Below, in pieces: positions 1-9,342 of a stretch of DNA of 64,000 nucleotides; positions within the stretch are counted from its first letter, which is position 1, and every line of letters starts with the position of its first letter. This stretch comes from Bacillota bacterium (GTDB lineage: Bacteria; Bacillota; Sulfobacillia; JAJZYS01; JAJYTV01), in assembly GCA_021793645.1 (NCBI GenBank), contig JAJYSJ010000010.1, forward strand, positions 36,287 to 100,286. The letters are read 5' to 3'. The notes beneath the pieces are model-generated. The model was not told the DNA's origin. It saw only the letters and a program-made list of their open reading frames with translations, and ran no database searches. The position numbers were made by a program, and so were the translations under genes.

Positions 1-92
1 CGAACTCAGGCGCGAGACAGTGGTGGCGCGGCGCTAGTCCATCGAACGCCCAGACAGAGGGTGGCTGGCCTTTTTCTTCTACGCCTTCCCCC

Positions 93-141
93 AAAGGGGG
101 TGGGGCGGCCTTCGTCCGAAGGACCGCCCCACCCCCTTTTT
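93..141. terminator. GC-rich hairpin between convergent genes, probable intrinsic terminator
   Basis: AAAGGGGGTGGGGCGG...CCGCCCCACCCCCTTTTT inverted repeat just beyond the stop of the 153..593 gene. Confidence 0.75.
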
Positions 142-152
142 CGTGCTCTGCG

Positions 153-593
153 CTAGTCCTTGATCAGGTAGCGATGGAACTCCGCCCAGTCGTCGAGCTG
201 GTTCAGCGCGGCGCCCGCGCGCACGTCCTCGTCGCCGGTATATCCGACGCTCTCGAGGATCTGCCGCCGGCGCTCCTCGGGGAACTCGCGGCCGAGGATG
301 TAGTCGTTGACGCTCTGGATCTTGTCCTGCGGCACACTCCCGCCGAGTTCCTTCGTCACCCATGCCTCGAACTGGGGGTAGGTCGGCAGGCCGTCGAGGA
401 AGGCGAGCACGCGCTCGCGGTCAAGGCCGAGGCCCTCCAGCACGACACGGTCAAAGCCCTGGCCGCAGGCGGAGTAGCCTTCGGGCAGAAGGCCCTTCTT
501 GTCGAGAAGCACCTTGGACCATAGACGCGGAAGCTGGACGACGCCGAGCGGTCCCTTCGCGGCGACCGGGGCAACGGGTGGAACCTTCTGCAT
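153..593 (-). CDS. DUF5069-like domain protein
   Basis: 146 aa; GPLGVVQLPRLWSK..LPEGY...GFD..VLE.LGL pattern resembles DUF5069; RBS GGGAGGG upstream. Confidence 0.65.
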   Translation of the reverse strand: MQKVPPVAPVAAKGPLGVVQLPRLWSKVLLDKKGLLPEGYSACGQGFDRVVLEGLGLDRERVLAFLDGLPTYPQFEAWVTKELGGSVPQDKIQSVNDYILGREFPEERRRQILESVGYTGDEDVRAGAALNQLDDWAEFHRYLIKD

Positions 594-623
594 ATGGAAT
601 CCCTCCCGGGTAGATTTCGCGGG

Positions 624-1232
624 TCACTCCGATGCGTTACGCAGGCGCTCAGGGCGCAGGCAGAAGCGCAGCGGACGGTGGGTCACGGCCTGAAGGATGC
701 CCTCGCGGGCCATCTCCTGCGTCTCGCGCAGAATCAGGTGCTCAGGGACGCCGGAGAGCGGCGCGAGCGACTGCAGTTCCTTCAGGGAGAAGGCGCCGCC
801 CTGCGCGAGAACGCCCTGAAGCGTACGGCGCAGTTCGGCTGCAGTCGCGGGCGTGCGCCCCGTCGGCGTGGCGCTGGCTGCGGCCAGTCCGCCTTGCACC
901 CGCAAGAGCGCGATGTGGTTGAGTCCCGCGTGGAGGAACTCGCGCTCCAAGGGGTTCAGCTCGCTGGTCGCGACGATATCGTACAGGTCGGCGAGCGACG
1001 CGTGCGCCGTAGAACCGAAGCCGAGCAGCGCCGCGGGGGGCACGTCCAGCACTTCGGCGAGTTGGAAGAGCGCGCGCAGGTTCATCCGGCGCCCGTCTTC
1101 GAAATCCTTGAGGCTCGCCATCGAGAGCTGATAGCCGCGCTGGCGCATCCGCTCGAAGACCTCGCGACGGCTCAAGGACGCATTCCGGCGCACAGCGCGC
1201 AGCCGCTCGCCGATCATTTGATAGTGGTCCAA
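624..1232 (-). CDS. XRE-family helix-turn-helix transcriptional regulator
   Basis: IGERLRAVRR..SLSRREV...SLKDFEDGRR..L..LAEVLDV HTH; TTG start with GGAGG RBS. Confidence 0.75.
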   Translation of the reverse strand: MDHYQMIGERLRAVRRNASLSRREVFERMRQRGYQLSMASLKDFEDGRRMNLRALFQLAEVLDVPPAALLGFGSTAHASLADLYDIVATSELNPLEREFLHAGLNHIALLRVQGGLAAASATPTGRTPATAAELRRTLQGVLAQGGAFSLKELQSLAPLSGVPEHLILRETQEMAREGILQAVTHRPLRFCLRPERLRNASE

Positions 1233-1292
1233 TGCCCCACCTCCGCCCCATTCATTGTCAATTCTAGCGCAGGGGCCGCCCGTCCTGCTGCC

Positions 1293-1321
1293 GCATCGGT
1301 CCGCCTGGGGGGGCATACCGT
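1293..1321 (+). promoter_or_regulatory. putative sigma-E sporulation promoter of yqfCD
   Basis: GCATCGG-N14-CATACCGT resembles the sigE consensus; yqfCD is sigE-dependent in B. subtilis. Confidence 0.5.
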
Positions 1322-1352
1322 TGAGGGCAGAGGCGAAAGGGGGGCGGCGTCG

Positions 1353-1622
1353 TTGGCGGACCTGCGAGATGCCTTGAGCCGCTGGCTGGACCTGCCGGAG
1401 GACGTGACGCTCGACCTGCCGCGGCTGCGCATGCTTGGCGACCTGCAGGTGCTGGTCGAGAACCACCAGGGGGTGCGCTCCTTCCACGAGGACGAGGCGG
1501 TCGTGGCGACGAAGATCGGGGACCTGCTGATCTGGGGAGCGGAACTGCGGGTCGGGGCGGTCTCGGAGGACGCCGTGATCGTCACGGGACGCATCGAAGG
1601 GCTGCGCTACCGCCGTGGCTGA
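1353..1622 (+). CDS. yqfC: YabP/YqfC family sporulation protein
   Basis: LDLPEDVTLDLPRL...VENHQGV...G.I motif; overlaps the yqfD start. Confidence 0.85.
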   Translation: MADLRDALSRWLDLPEDVTLDLPRLRMLGDLQVLVENHQGVRSFHEDEAVVATKIGDLLIWGAELRVGAVSEDAVIVTGRIEGLRYRRG

Positions 1623-2739
1623 AGGGATCTGGCTGCGTCTGCGCTTCTCCGGGCGCCAGAGCGCGTTCTTTCAGGCCGCGCAGGAGGCCTCTGTAAAGGC
1701 ACGTCGGCTGCGCGCCCGCGGTGACGCGCTCGATTTCGAACTGCCGGTGGGTGACGTGCTGCGGCTGCGCCGCACGCTGCGCGGTCAGGGCGGCCGGCTG
1801 GAGGTGCTGGGGCACGGGGGCTGGCCACTGGCGCTGCGGGCGCTGCGGCGCAGGCCCTGGCGGATTCTTCTGCCGGTACTATCGGTGTCGCTGTACTTCG
1901 CCGCGGCCAGCGTCGTCTGGCAGGTGCAGGTGGTCGGTCCGAAGGGCGTCCCGGTGCAGCGGCTGCTCAAGGCGGCGCAGGCGGACGGGCTCGCGCCCGG
2001 CCGGTACCGCTTTGCCATTCACCCGCGGGCACTGGGGCTCCAATTGCAGAACCAGGTCTCCGGCCTGATCTTCTGCACCGTACGCATCGACGGCGTGCGC
2101 GCCTTCATTTATGCGGCGCCGCAGCTGCAGCTCCCGAAGGCGCCGGAGCCGCCGTCCTACGGGCCGATCACGGCCGGCGAAGCGGGCTATGTGACGCGGG
2201 TCGTCGTGGAGCGCGGCGTGCCGGCGGTCAAGGCGGGGGAGACGGTGCTGCCCGGGCAGCCCCTCATCCTGACCAGGGAGGGCGAGGCGCGCGGCGAGGT
2301 GTTCGCCCGGGTCTGGCGCACCTACACCTATTCCCTCTCCCTCGAGGAGAAGCGCTTCTTCGCCACGGGCAAGTCGGCCCAGCGCTGGTATATCCGTCTG
2401 CCGTGGGGGCGAAAATGGGCGCCGCAGGGCCAATCGGCACCGTTCCCGCACACCCGCGTCATCAGCCGCTCGTGGAGGATTCCCTGGCTGTCCGTCGAAC
2501 TCACGCGTAGTACATATGTCGAATTGCGCACTGTAAACCTGACCGTGCGCCCGGCGTATGCTAAGGCGCGGGCAGAGCAGATGGCGCTGGTGGCGCTCTC
2601 TTCGGCGTTGCCGAAGGCGAAGGTCCTTCTCGTGCAGATGCAGGACACGCGACAGGGAACGATCCTTGTGGTGCGGGTGCGCGTCGAGGCGGAGACCGAT
2701 ATCGCGCGGGCCGCGACAGGGGGCAGAACCCAGGATTGA
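1615..2739 (+). CDS. yqfD: sporulation protein YqfD
   Basis: 374 aa, one TM then VWQVQVVG, G.P.VK.G..V..GQ.LI, ARGEVFARVW; lies between yqfC and phoH. Confidence 0.85.
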   Translation: MAEGIWLRLRFSGRQSAFFQAAQEASVKARRLRARGDALDFELPVGDVLRLRRTLRGQGGRLEVLGHGGWPLALRALRRRPWRILLPVLSVSLYFAAASVVWQVQVVGPKGVPVQRLLKAAQADGLAPGRYRFAIHPRALGLQLQNQVSGLIFCTVRIDGVRAFIYAAPQLQLPKAPEPPSYGPITAGEAGYVTRVVVERGVPAVKAGETVLPGQPLILTREGEARGEVFARVWRTYTYSLSLEEKRFFATGKSAQRWYIRLPWGRKWAPQGQSAPFPHTRVISRSWRIPWLSVELTRSTYVELRTVNLTVRPAYAKARAEQMALVALSSALPKAKVLLVQMQDTRQGTILVVRVRVEAETDIARAATGGRTQD

Positions 2740-3689
2740 CTGAACGCAAATTCGAAAGTCGCTTCGAGGTGCCCGACAACCGGACGGCCGAGCTTCTCTT
2801 CGGCCACCTGGATGAGAACCTGCGGGCGATCGAGGCGGCATTCCCCGTTGAAATCGTCAGTCGCGGCAATACGCTCCTGCTCTCCGGTGAGGAGAGCGAT
2901 CGCGAGGCCGTACTGCGTGTCCTTGGAGAACTGCTGGAGGAAGTGGGCCGGTCCGAACTGAGGCCTGGCGATGTGCGCCAGGCGATCCGCAGCGCGCGCC
3001 GCGACGGGGGATTTGAGCCCTCCGAGGCGATCGTCCTGACGACGCGCGGGCGGGGGATCCGGCCAAAGACGCCGGGGCAGAAGGCCTATGTCGAGGGCGT
3101 CCGCACGCATGACATCGCGTTCGGCATCGGGCCGGCGGGCACCGGCAAGACCTATCTTGCCATGGCGATGGCGGTCGCGGCGCTGAAGGCGCGGCAGGTG
3201 CAGCGCATCATCCTGACCCGTCCGGCCGTCGAAGCGGGCGAGAAGCTCGGCTTTCTGCCCGGGGATCTGAAGGACAAGGTCGACCCGTACCTGCGGCCGC
3301 TCTACGATGCGCTCTTCGACATCCTCGGCATGGAGCAGGTGGAGCGGCTGCGCGAGCGCTCCGTGCTGGAGGTCGCTCCGCTCGCGTACATGCGCGGGCG
3401 CACGCTGGACGACTCGTTCATCATCCTCGACGAGGCGCAGAACACGACCCCGGAGCAGATGAAGATGTTCCTGACGCGCATGGGCTTCGGCTCGAAGTGC
3501 GTCGTGACGGGAGACGTGACGCAGGTGGACCTGCCGCGCGGGCAGTTCTCCGGGCTGCAGGAGGCGTCCGATCTGCTATCCGGAATCGAGGGCATCGCGT
3601 TCGTCTATCTGGACGACCGCGACGTCGTGCGCCATGAACTGGTGCAGAAGATCATCCTGGCCTACGAACGGCAGTCCCGCGAGCCATAA
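2736..3689 (+). CDS. phoH: PhoH family ATPase
   Basis: GPAGTGKTYLA, LGFLPGDL, RGRTL, DEAQN motifs. Confidence 0.95.
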   Translation: MTERKFESRFEVPDNRTAELLFGHLDENLRAIEAAFPVEIVSRGNTLLLSGEESDREAVLRVLGELLEEVGRSELRPGDVRQAIRSARRDGGFEPSEAIVLTTRGRGIRPKTPGQKAYVEGVRTHDIAFGIGPAGTGKTYLAMAMAVAALKARQVQRIILTRPAVEAGEKLGFLPGDLKDKVDPYLRPLYDALFDILGMEQVERLRERSVLEVAPLAYMRGRTLDDSFIILDEAQNTTPEQMKMFLTRMGFGSKCVVTGDVTQVDLPRGQFSGLQEASDLLSGIEGIAFVYLDDRDVVRHELVQKIILAYERQSREP

Positions 3690-3706
3690 CGCGAGGGGGT
3701 GCCCCG

Positions 3707-5779
3707 ATGACGCGCAGGCTACAAGACCTTTACTACGCGGTCGGACCGCGGCGGCTCCTCGCGCTGGGACTCGCGTTCGTCGCCATCAGCCTCATCCTCT
3801 TCACCGGCCTCTTTACAAGCCAGGTATCCTTGCGGGCGGGACAGTCCTCGCCGCGCGACATCTACGCGCCCAGGCGGGAAGTGAACCAACCGCTCTACGA
3901 GGCCCTGCGCCAGCAGGCATCGCGTTCCGTGAAGCCCGTCTACGTGACCGACCAGACGGCAACGGCACAGATGCAGCAGAAGATCCAGCGGATCTTTACG
4001 TCCGTCACGCAGATGCAGTCGTCGCTCCCGGCCAACGCGTCGGCAAACGCGATGCAGGCCGCCTGGACGGAGCAGGTCGGTCTCAGCCTGCCGCAGGCGG
4101 ACGTCGTACAGATCCTGAAGCTCAAGGCGTCGGACCTCGGCAACCTCGATCGCCTGGCGACGGCGGTCGCGTCCCACGTCCTGGCGCAAGCGAACTATCA
4201 AGTGGGTCAGCTCACGTCGCAACGCGACGCCCTGGCGCTGGGAGTGGAGTCGCTCGGGCTGCCCCAGGCCGCGGAAACCTACTTCCTTACCGCCGTAGAG
4301 CGCGCATCCGCGACGCCCAACATGCGGGTGAGCAAGACAGAGACTGCGCGCGCCGTGCAGCAGGCGCTTGCGTCGGTGCCGCAGCCGATCGTCGACCAGG
4401 GCCAGCTGATCGTGGCCCGGGGCCAGAGGGTGACGCTGCCTGACCTGCAGCTGCTCCGTCAGTACGGCCTGCTGCACGGGCAGAGCAATTGGCCGGCGGC
4501 CGCGGGCGCCGTGCTGATGGCGCTCGGCGCGCTCGGTGCGCTGCTCGCCTACGTCTACCGCTTCTTCCGCCAGGGGGTCGCCGACGAGCGCCACCTTAAC
4601 CTCCTGCTCTCCGTCTTCGTCGGCGAGCTTCTCCTCGCGCGCCTCACGTTGCTCGTCTCGCCGGACCTCATCCCGCTCGCAGCGATGTCGGTGCTGCTGG
4701 CGATGCTCTATGACGCGCGGATAGGGCTCGGCGTGGCGATCATCACCGCGCTCCTTCTCGAGGCCGCATTCGGCATCGACCCGCAGGCGGGCGTCGTGCT
4801 GGCGGCCCAGGCGTTCGTGGGAGCGCTCGCCGTACAGCGGCTTTCGGACCGCAGCCAACTGCTGCAGGCAGCCCTCTACATCGCCGTGACGGGCCTGATC
4901 GTGAACGGGACATTGCTCTTGGCGAGCGCGCCCTACGCACCCGCGCCAGACTTCTGGGGCAACATGGGCTGGATCCTTGTGAATTCCGCGCTCTCCGTGG
5001 CATTCGCGCTCGCGGCAGCGCCGCTCTTCGAGAACTCGTTCGGGGTGCTCACAAGCCTTCGGCTGCTCGAACTCTCGGCTCCGAACCAGCCGCTCTTGCG
5101 GCGCCTGCTGCTCGAGGCGCCGGGCACCTACTACCACTCCCTGGTCGTCTCGAACCTCGCGGGAGCGGGCTGCGACGCGATCGGTGCGCAGAGCCTTCTC
5201 GCGCGCGTCGGCGCCTTCTACCACGACATCGGCAAGCTGCGCCGGCCCTACTTTTTCATCGACAACCAGACCGACATGGAGAACCCGCACGACAAGCTCT
5301 CTCCGATGCTCTCGACGCTGGTGATTACGGCGCACGTCAAGGACGGCCTCGAGATGGCGAAGGAGTACAGGCTGCCGAAGGAGCTGTGGCAGTTCATCGG
5401 GGAGCACCACGGCACCACGCTTGTGCAGTACTTCTACCAGAAGGCGGTCGAGCACCATCCGGAGACCCCGCCGCGGGAGGAGGACTTCCGCTACGAGGGG
5501 CCGAAGCCGCAGAGTCGGGAGACGGCCGTCCTGATGCTGGCGGACACCTGCGAAGCGGCGGTGCGGGCGATGCGCGGACGCACGACGCAAGGCGTCGAAG
5601 CGACCGTGCGCCGGCTTGTGCACGAACGGCTCGCGGACGGACAGTTGGACGAGTCGGACCTCACGCTGCGGGATCTCGACCTCATTTCGAAGGCGTTCGT
5701 GCGCGTGCTGGGTGCGGTGCACCACACGCGGGTCGAATACCCGGAGGGCCTCGAGGAACTCCTGCGGCGCCAACGCTAG
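3707..5779 (+). CDS. pgpH: 7TM-HD c-di-AMP phosphodiesterase PgpH-like
   Basis: extracellular domain, multiple TMs, APGTYYHS, YHDIGK, HHGT, LAD motifs. Confidence 0.88.
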   Translation: MTRRLQDLYYAVGPRRLLALGLAFVAISLILFTGLFTSQVSLRAGQSSPRDIYAPRREVNQPLYEALRQQASRSVKPVYVTDQTATAQMQQKIQRIFTSVTQMQSSLPANASANAMQAAWTEQVGLSLPQADVVQILKLKASDLGNLDRLATAVASHVLAQANYQVGQLTSQRDALALGVESLGLPQAAETYFLTAVERASATPNMRVSKTETARAVQQALASVPQPIVDQGQLIVARGQRVTLPDLQLLRQYGLLHGQSNWPAAAGAVLMALGALGALLAYVYRFFRQGVADERHLNLLLSVFVGELLLARLTLLVSPDLIPLAAMSVLLAMLYDARIGLGVAIITALLLEAAFGIDPQAGVVLAAQAFVGALAVQRLSDRSQLLQAALYIAVTGLIVNGTLLLASAPYAPAPDFWGNMGWILVNSALSVAFALAAAPLFENSFGVLTSLRLLELSAPNQPLLRRLLLEAPGTYYHSLVVSNLAGAGCDAIGAQSLLARVGAFYHDIGKLRRPYFFIDNQTDMENPHDKLSPMLSTLVITAHVKDGLEMAKEYRLPKELWQFIGEHHGTTLVQYFYQKAVEHHPETPPREEDFRYEGPKPQSRETAVLMLADTCEAAVRAMRGRTTQGVEATVRRLVHERLADGQLDESDLTLRDLDLISKAFVRVLGAVHHTRVEYPEGLEELLRRQR

Positions 5780-5828
5780 CCGATGAGCATCTGGCAGAGG
5801 AGGGAGCGCCCCTTGGGGGCGCGCTAGG

Positions 5829-6269
5829 GTGGTCGAGATCGCGGTGCGCCAGGACGAAGTAGTCCTCGACAGCGCACTCCTGCGGGGCGTCGAAATGGCG
5901 ATCGAGCGCTGCCTGGAGCAGCAGGAACTTGCGGGCTCCGAAGTGTCGCTCTCGATCGTCGGCGATCGTGAGCAGCATGCACTCAACCTGCAGTACCGGG
6001 GCGTCGATCGAACGACGGACGTCCTGAGCTTCCCGATGGAGGAAGAGCGGCCCAAGGAGCCTGGCCTTCTGGGCGACATCGTCATCTCCGCGCCGCAGGC
6101 CAAGCGTCAGGCCGGGGAATACGGCCATTCGCTGCAGCGCGAGATGGCCTTTCTTGCCGTCCACGGCACGCTGCACCTGCTCGGCTATGACCACGAGACC
6201 CCGGCGGACGACGAGGAGATGCAGCGCCTGCAGGAGGAAGTGCTCGGCTTTTTGGGCATCACGCGCTGA
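5829..6269 (+). CDS. ybeY: rRNA maturation RNase YbeY
   Basis: TDVLSF, LGDIVIS, HGTLHLLGYDH. Confidence 0.95.
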   Translation: MVEIAVRQDEVVLDSALLRGVEMAIERCLEQQELAGSEVSLSIVGDREQHALNLQYRGVDRTTDVLSFPMEEERPKEPGLLGDIVISAPQAKRQAGEYGHSLQREMAFLAVHGTLHLLGYDHETPADDEEMQRLQEEVLGFLGITR

Positions 6270-6712
6270 TGCGGCCGCGCGCCTTCCGCTTCGCCTGGCG
6301 CGGCGTCCTGCGGACGTTCCGCGAGGAGGCGAACTTCCGCGTCCACCTGATCGTCGCGGAAGCAATCCTCTACCTCGCGTTTGTCGAGCGGGCGAGCGCC
6401 ACTTCCTGGGCAATCCTGTCTCTTGCGGTGGGCCTCGTTGTGGCCCTCGAGCTGTTGAATACCGCTGTGGAGCGCGCGGTGGATCTCGGGACGCAGGGCA
6501 AGCACCTGCCGCTCGCGGCCGCGGCGAAGGATGCTTCGGCCGGCGCGGTGCTCGCGGGATCTCTTTCGGCGGCTGCCGTCGGCTTTGCGCTCCTTTGGGC
6601 GCACCTCGGGATGCTCGCGCAGATCTTCCGTGTTCCTGTAGACTACGTCGGCCTTGCGGCGCTGGCGGTGCTCGTCGTCCTGACGCTGCGCCCGCCGCTC
6701 AAGAAGGAGTAG
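6269..6712 (+). CDS. dgkA: diacylglycerol/undecaprenol kinase
   Basis: E.NFRVH, ELLNTAVERAVD, AKDASAGAV. Confidence 0.9.
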   Translation: MRPRAFRFAWRGVLRTFREEANFRVHLIVAEAILYLAFVERASATSWAILSLAVGLVVALELLNTAVERAVDLGTQGKHLPLAAAAKDASAGAVLAGSLSAAAVGFALLWAHLGMLAQIFRVPVDYVGLAALAVLVVLTLRPPLKKE

Positions 6713-6718
6713 CAGGGG

Positions 6719-7432
6719 ATGCCCGGCTATCATGAGGTCCAAGGCATTGTCCTTCGCGTACAGGAACACCGCGAGGCGGACCGCCGCGTCACGCTTCTCA
6801 CGCCCGAGGGGCGGGTTCAGGCGCGCGCTCCGGGGGCGCGCAAGGCGAAGAGCCGGCTGGGAAGCATCCTGCAGCCGGCTGCAGTCGTGCAGGTGACACT
6901 CTATGCGCTTGGGCGCATGCCGACGATCACCGGTGCGTCGTCGATCGAGGCGTTCAGGCCGCTGCAGGAGGACCTTCTGCGGCTGTCTGCCGCGCAGGTG
7001 CTGCTGGAGATCTGCGATGTGACAGTGGGCGAAGAGGACGCGGTACGCCCGTTTCTGGCGCTTGCGAAGGCGCTGCGGCGGCTGAGCGAGGCCGAGGACC
7101 CGGCGGCGGCGTGGCTTCTTGGGGAACTGGAGCTGCTGTCGGCGTACGGCTGGGGACTGCAGCTCGAGCGGTGTGCTTCGTGCGGAGGGGAACTGGCACC
7201 TCCGCTGCGGTATCCAGTCGATTTGGGCGGTTTCGTGTGCAAGCGGTGTGCCGCGGAGGGTGGCGTGAACGCCTCGGCGGAGGCGGTGTCTGCCTTAAGG
7301 TCGGTTGTGCGAGGAGAGAACCAGGAGACAGGTGCTTCCGACGCGAGGCAATTGCTGCATCTGACATGGCAGGCGCACCTCGAGGGACAATTGCGATCCG
7401 TGGCTTTTGCGGAGTCAGTATTTGGCCGTTGA
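6719..7432 (+). CDS. recO: DNA repair protein RecO
   Basis: GIVLR...EADR.V.LLT..G...ARAPGARK.KSRL; CxxC...CxxC zinc site. Confidence 0.9.
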   Translation: MPGYHEVQGIVLRVQEHREADRRVTLLTPEGRVQARAPGARKAKSRLGSILQPAAVVQVTLYALGRMPTITGASSIEAFRPLQEDLLRLSAAQVLLEICDVTVGEEDAVRPFLALAKALRRLSEAEDPAAAWLLGELELLSAYGWGLQLERCASCGGELAPPLRYPVDLGGFVCKRCAAEGGVNASAEAVSALRSVVRGENQETGASDARQLLHLTWQAHLEGQLRSVAFAESVFGR

Positions 7433-7436
7433 CTGC

Positions 7437-7864
7437 TCAGAGACCGACTGGATGATAGGTTTGTCGGGCTCGCTCAAAGGGTTCGCATCGCTCGACAAGC
7501 CATACGGTTAATGTCTCCTCCGTCAGTTCGTTTGCCGCAAGGCGCATCATCAGTGCGTACTTCTCTCCCTGTGACGCACGCAGCATGCGGCCGTTTAGGT
7601 CCAAGAACAGGAGGGTCGCAACCAGCGCAACCCGCTTGTTGCCGTCGCGAATAGGTGGTTCTGGACCAGCGCAGCCGCGTACGCCGTTGCCAGCATCTCA
7701 ATCGCCGGGCGCTCGTCGCTATCGGCCCACAATTGTCTTGGACTTGCCAACGCTGACGACAAAAGTCCGGGATCGCGAACGCCCGGGGCTCCGCCGTGCT
7801 CCGCCAACAAGCGACCGTGAATGGCTCTGATCACCGGCTCGGCCACCCACCTGGGCTCTGCCAA
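7437..7864 (-). pseudogene. Fic/Doc toxin, frameshifted
   Basis: HGG..GVRD.GLL.SAL..P; the Fic motif NH(L)F-DGNKR is split by a 1-nt deletion near 7647. Confidence 0.8.
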
Positions 7865-7865
7865 A

Positions 7866-8089
7866 CTACCGCGCCAGCTTTCTCAGCGCATCCCGGTTCT
7901 CTCGCATGATGATCTCGGCACGGTCCATCTGGTCCGCAAAGTCCGGACTGTAGGGGGTCAGGACGATGCCGTCCGAGTTTCCGTGGCGTACAGATTGTCG
8001 CCCTTCCCAACGCGCAGATTCGCAAGGACTTCGCGGGGCAGGACGACGCCCAGAGAATTGCCGATCGCCGTCACCTTCAGCACCGCCAT
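7866..8089 (-). pseudogene. AbrB/MazE-type antitoxin, frameshifted
   Basis: MAVLKVTAIGNSLGVVLPREVLANLRVGKGDNLY..., 1-nt shift, then DGIVLTPYSPDFADQM...ENRDALRKLAR; GTTATTAC direct repeat upstream (possible operator). Confidence 0.75.
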
Positions 8090-8204
8090 CGAATCGCCTC
8101 CCTCAGACCGTTATTACAACAAATGTTATTACGTTCGCATGCGACCCCTGGTACCATCCAGGTCCTTCGCTTGACTTCGCGCCCTCCGCTTGGCACTCTA
8201 AGGC

Positions 8205-8438
8205 TAGATCGGCGATGCGCGGAAGCCGATGCGAAAGTCGGCCGCAGCAAGCGAGCCCGGGATGGTGAAAGCCGGGCGGCGGCGAGAGCGTCGGGGCGTC
8301 CGCAAGCCAGGGGAGGAACGCGGCTTGGCCGTCAGTAAACCCCCAAATGACACACGAGAGCGGTCCGCTGCGGCGGGCAAGCAGGGTGGAACCGCGGGAG
8401 ACGCCTCCCGTCCCTGAGGGACGGGAGGCGTCTATTCG
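8205..8438 (+). promoter_or_regulatory. T-box riboswitch (Gly) leader of glyQS
   Basis: AAGCAGGGTGGAACCGCG T-box at ~8379, terminator GACGCCTCCCGTCCCTGAGGGACGGGAGGCGTC, GGTGAAA stem I motif, TTGACT -35 at 8171. Confidence 0.9.
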
Positions 8439-8457
8439 TGCTCAAGGAGGCGACTGT

Positions 8458-9342
8458 GTGACGCTGCAGGAGATGATCTTCGCACTGCACCGCTTCTGGG
8501 CGGACGAGGGCTGCTACATCGGCCAGCCCTACGACATCGAGAAGGGCGCCGGAACGATGAACCCCCTCACCTTCTTCCGAGCCCTCGGACCGGAGCCCTG
8601 GCGGGTCGGCTACGTCGAGCCGTCGCGCCGCCCGGCAGATGCCCGCTTCGGCGAGAACCCGAACCGCCTCTACCAGCACCACCAGTACCAGGTGATCCTG
8701 AAGCCTTGTCCGGCCAACGTACAGGACATCTACCTTCGCTCGCTTGCGGCGATCGGGCTCGACGCAACCGTCCACGACGTGCGCTTCGTGGAGGACAACT
8801 GGGAAAATCCATCGACGGGATCCTGGGGACTCGGGTGGGAGGTCTGGATCGACGGGATGGAAGTCACCCAGTTCACCTACTTCCAGCAGATGGGCGGCAT
8901 CGAACTGCTTGTGCTGCCGGCGGAGATCACCTACGGTCTCGAACGGATCGCCGCGTACGTCCAGGGCGTCTCGAACGTGTTCGATGTCGAAGTGATGCCG
9001 GGGCTCAAGTACGGGGATCTCTTCCGCCGCCAGGAGTACGAGCACTCCGCCTACTCCTTCAACCACGCCTCCGTGGAGTACCTGCAGACCACATTCCAGG
9101 GCAGCGAGGCGGAAGCGGAGCGCGCATCCGCGGAGGGCCTGTACTTCGCCGCCTACGACCACGTGCTGCGCATGTCGCACGCCTTCAATCTTCTGGAGGC
9201 GCGCGGCGCGATCGCTCCCGCGCAGCGCACCGCCTACATCGGCCGCATCCGCGACCGCGCGCGCGAGGTGGCGGAACTGTGCGTCGCAGACCGCGAACGC
9301 CAGGGCTTCCCGCTCGAGGGGAGGGTGCTGAGATGGAGCTGA
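8458..9342 (+). CDS. glyQ: glycine--tRNA ligase alpha subunit
   Basis: GAGTMNP.TF, PSRRP.D.R.GENPNRL, GME.TQFTYFQQ, EITYGLER. Confidence 0.97.
   Translation: MTLQEMIFALHRFWADEGCYIGQPYDIEKGAGTMNPLTFFRALGPEPWRVGYVEPSRRPADARFGENPNRLYQHHQYQVILKPCPANVQDIYLRSLAAIGLDATVHDVRFVEDNWENPSTGSWGLGWEVWIDGMEVTQFTYFQQMGGIELLVLPAEITYGLERIAAYVQGVSNVFDVEVMPGLKYGDLFRRQEYEHSAYSFNHASVEYLQTTFQGSEAEAERASAEGLYFAAYDHVLRMSHAFNLLEARGAIAPAQRTAYIGRIRDRAREVAELCVADRERQGFPLEGRVLRWS

Noticed and set aside
594-1352. 342-aa version of yqfC
   Set aside because: The upstream part is the antisense shadow of the XRE gene; YqfC similarity and the RBS begin near 1353
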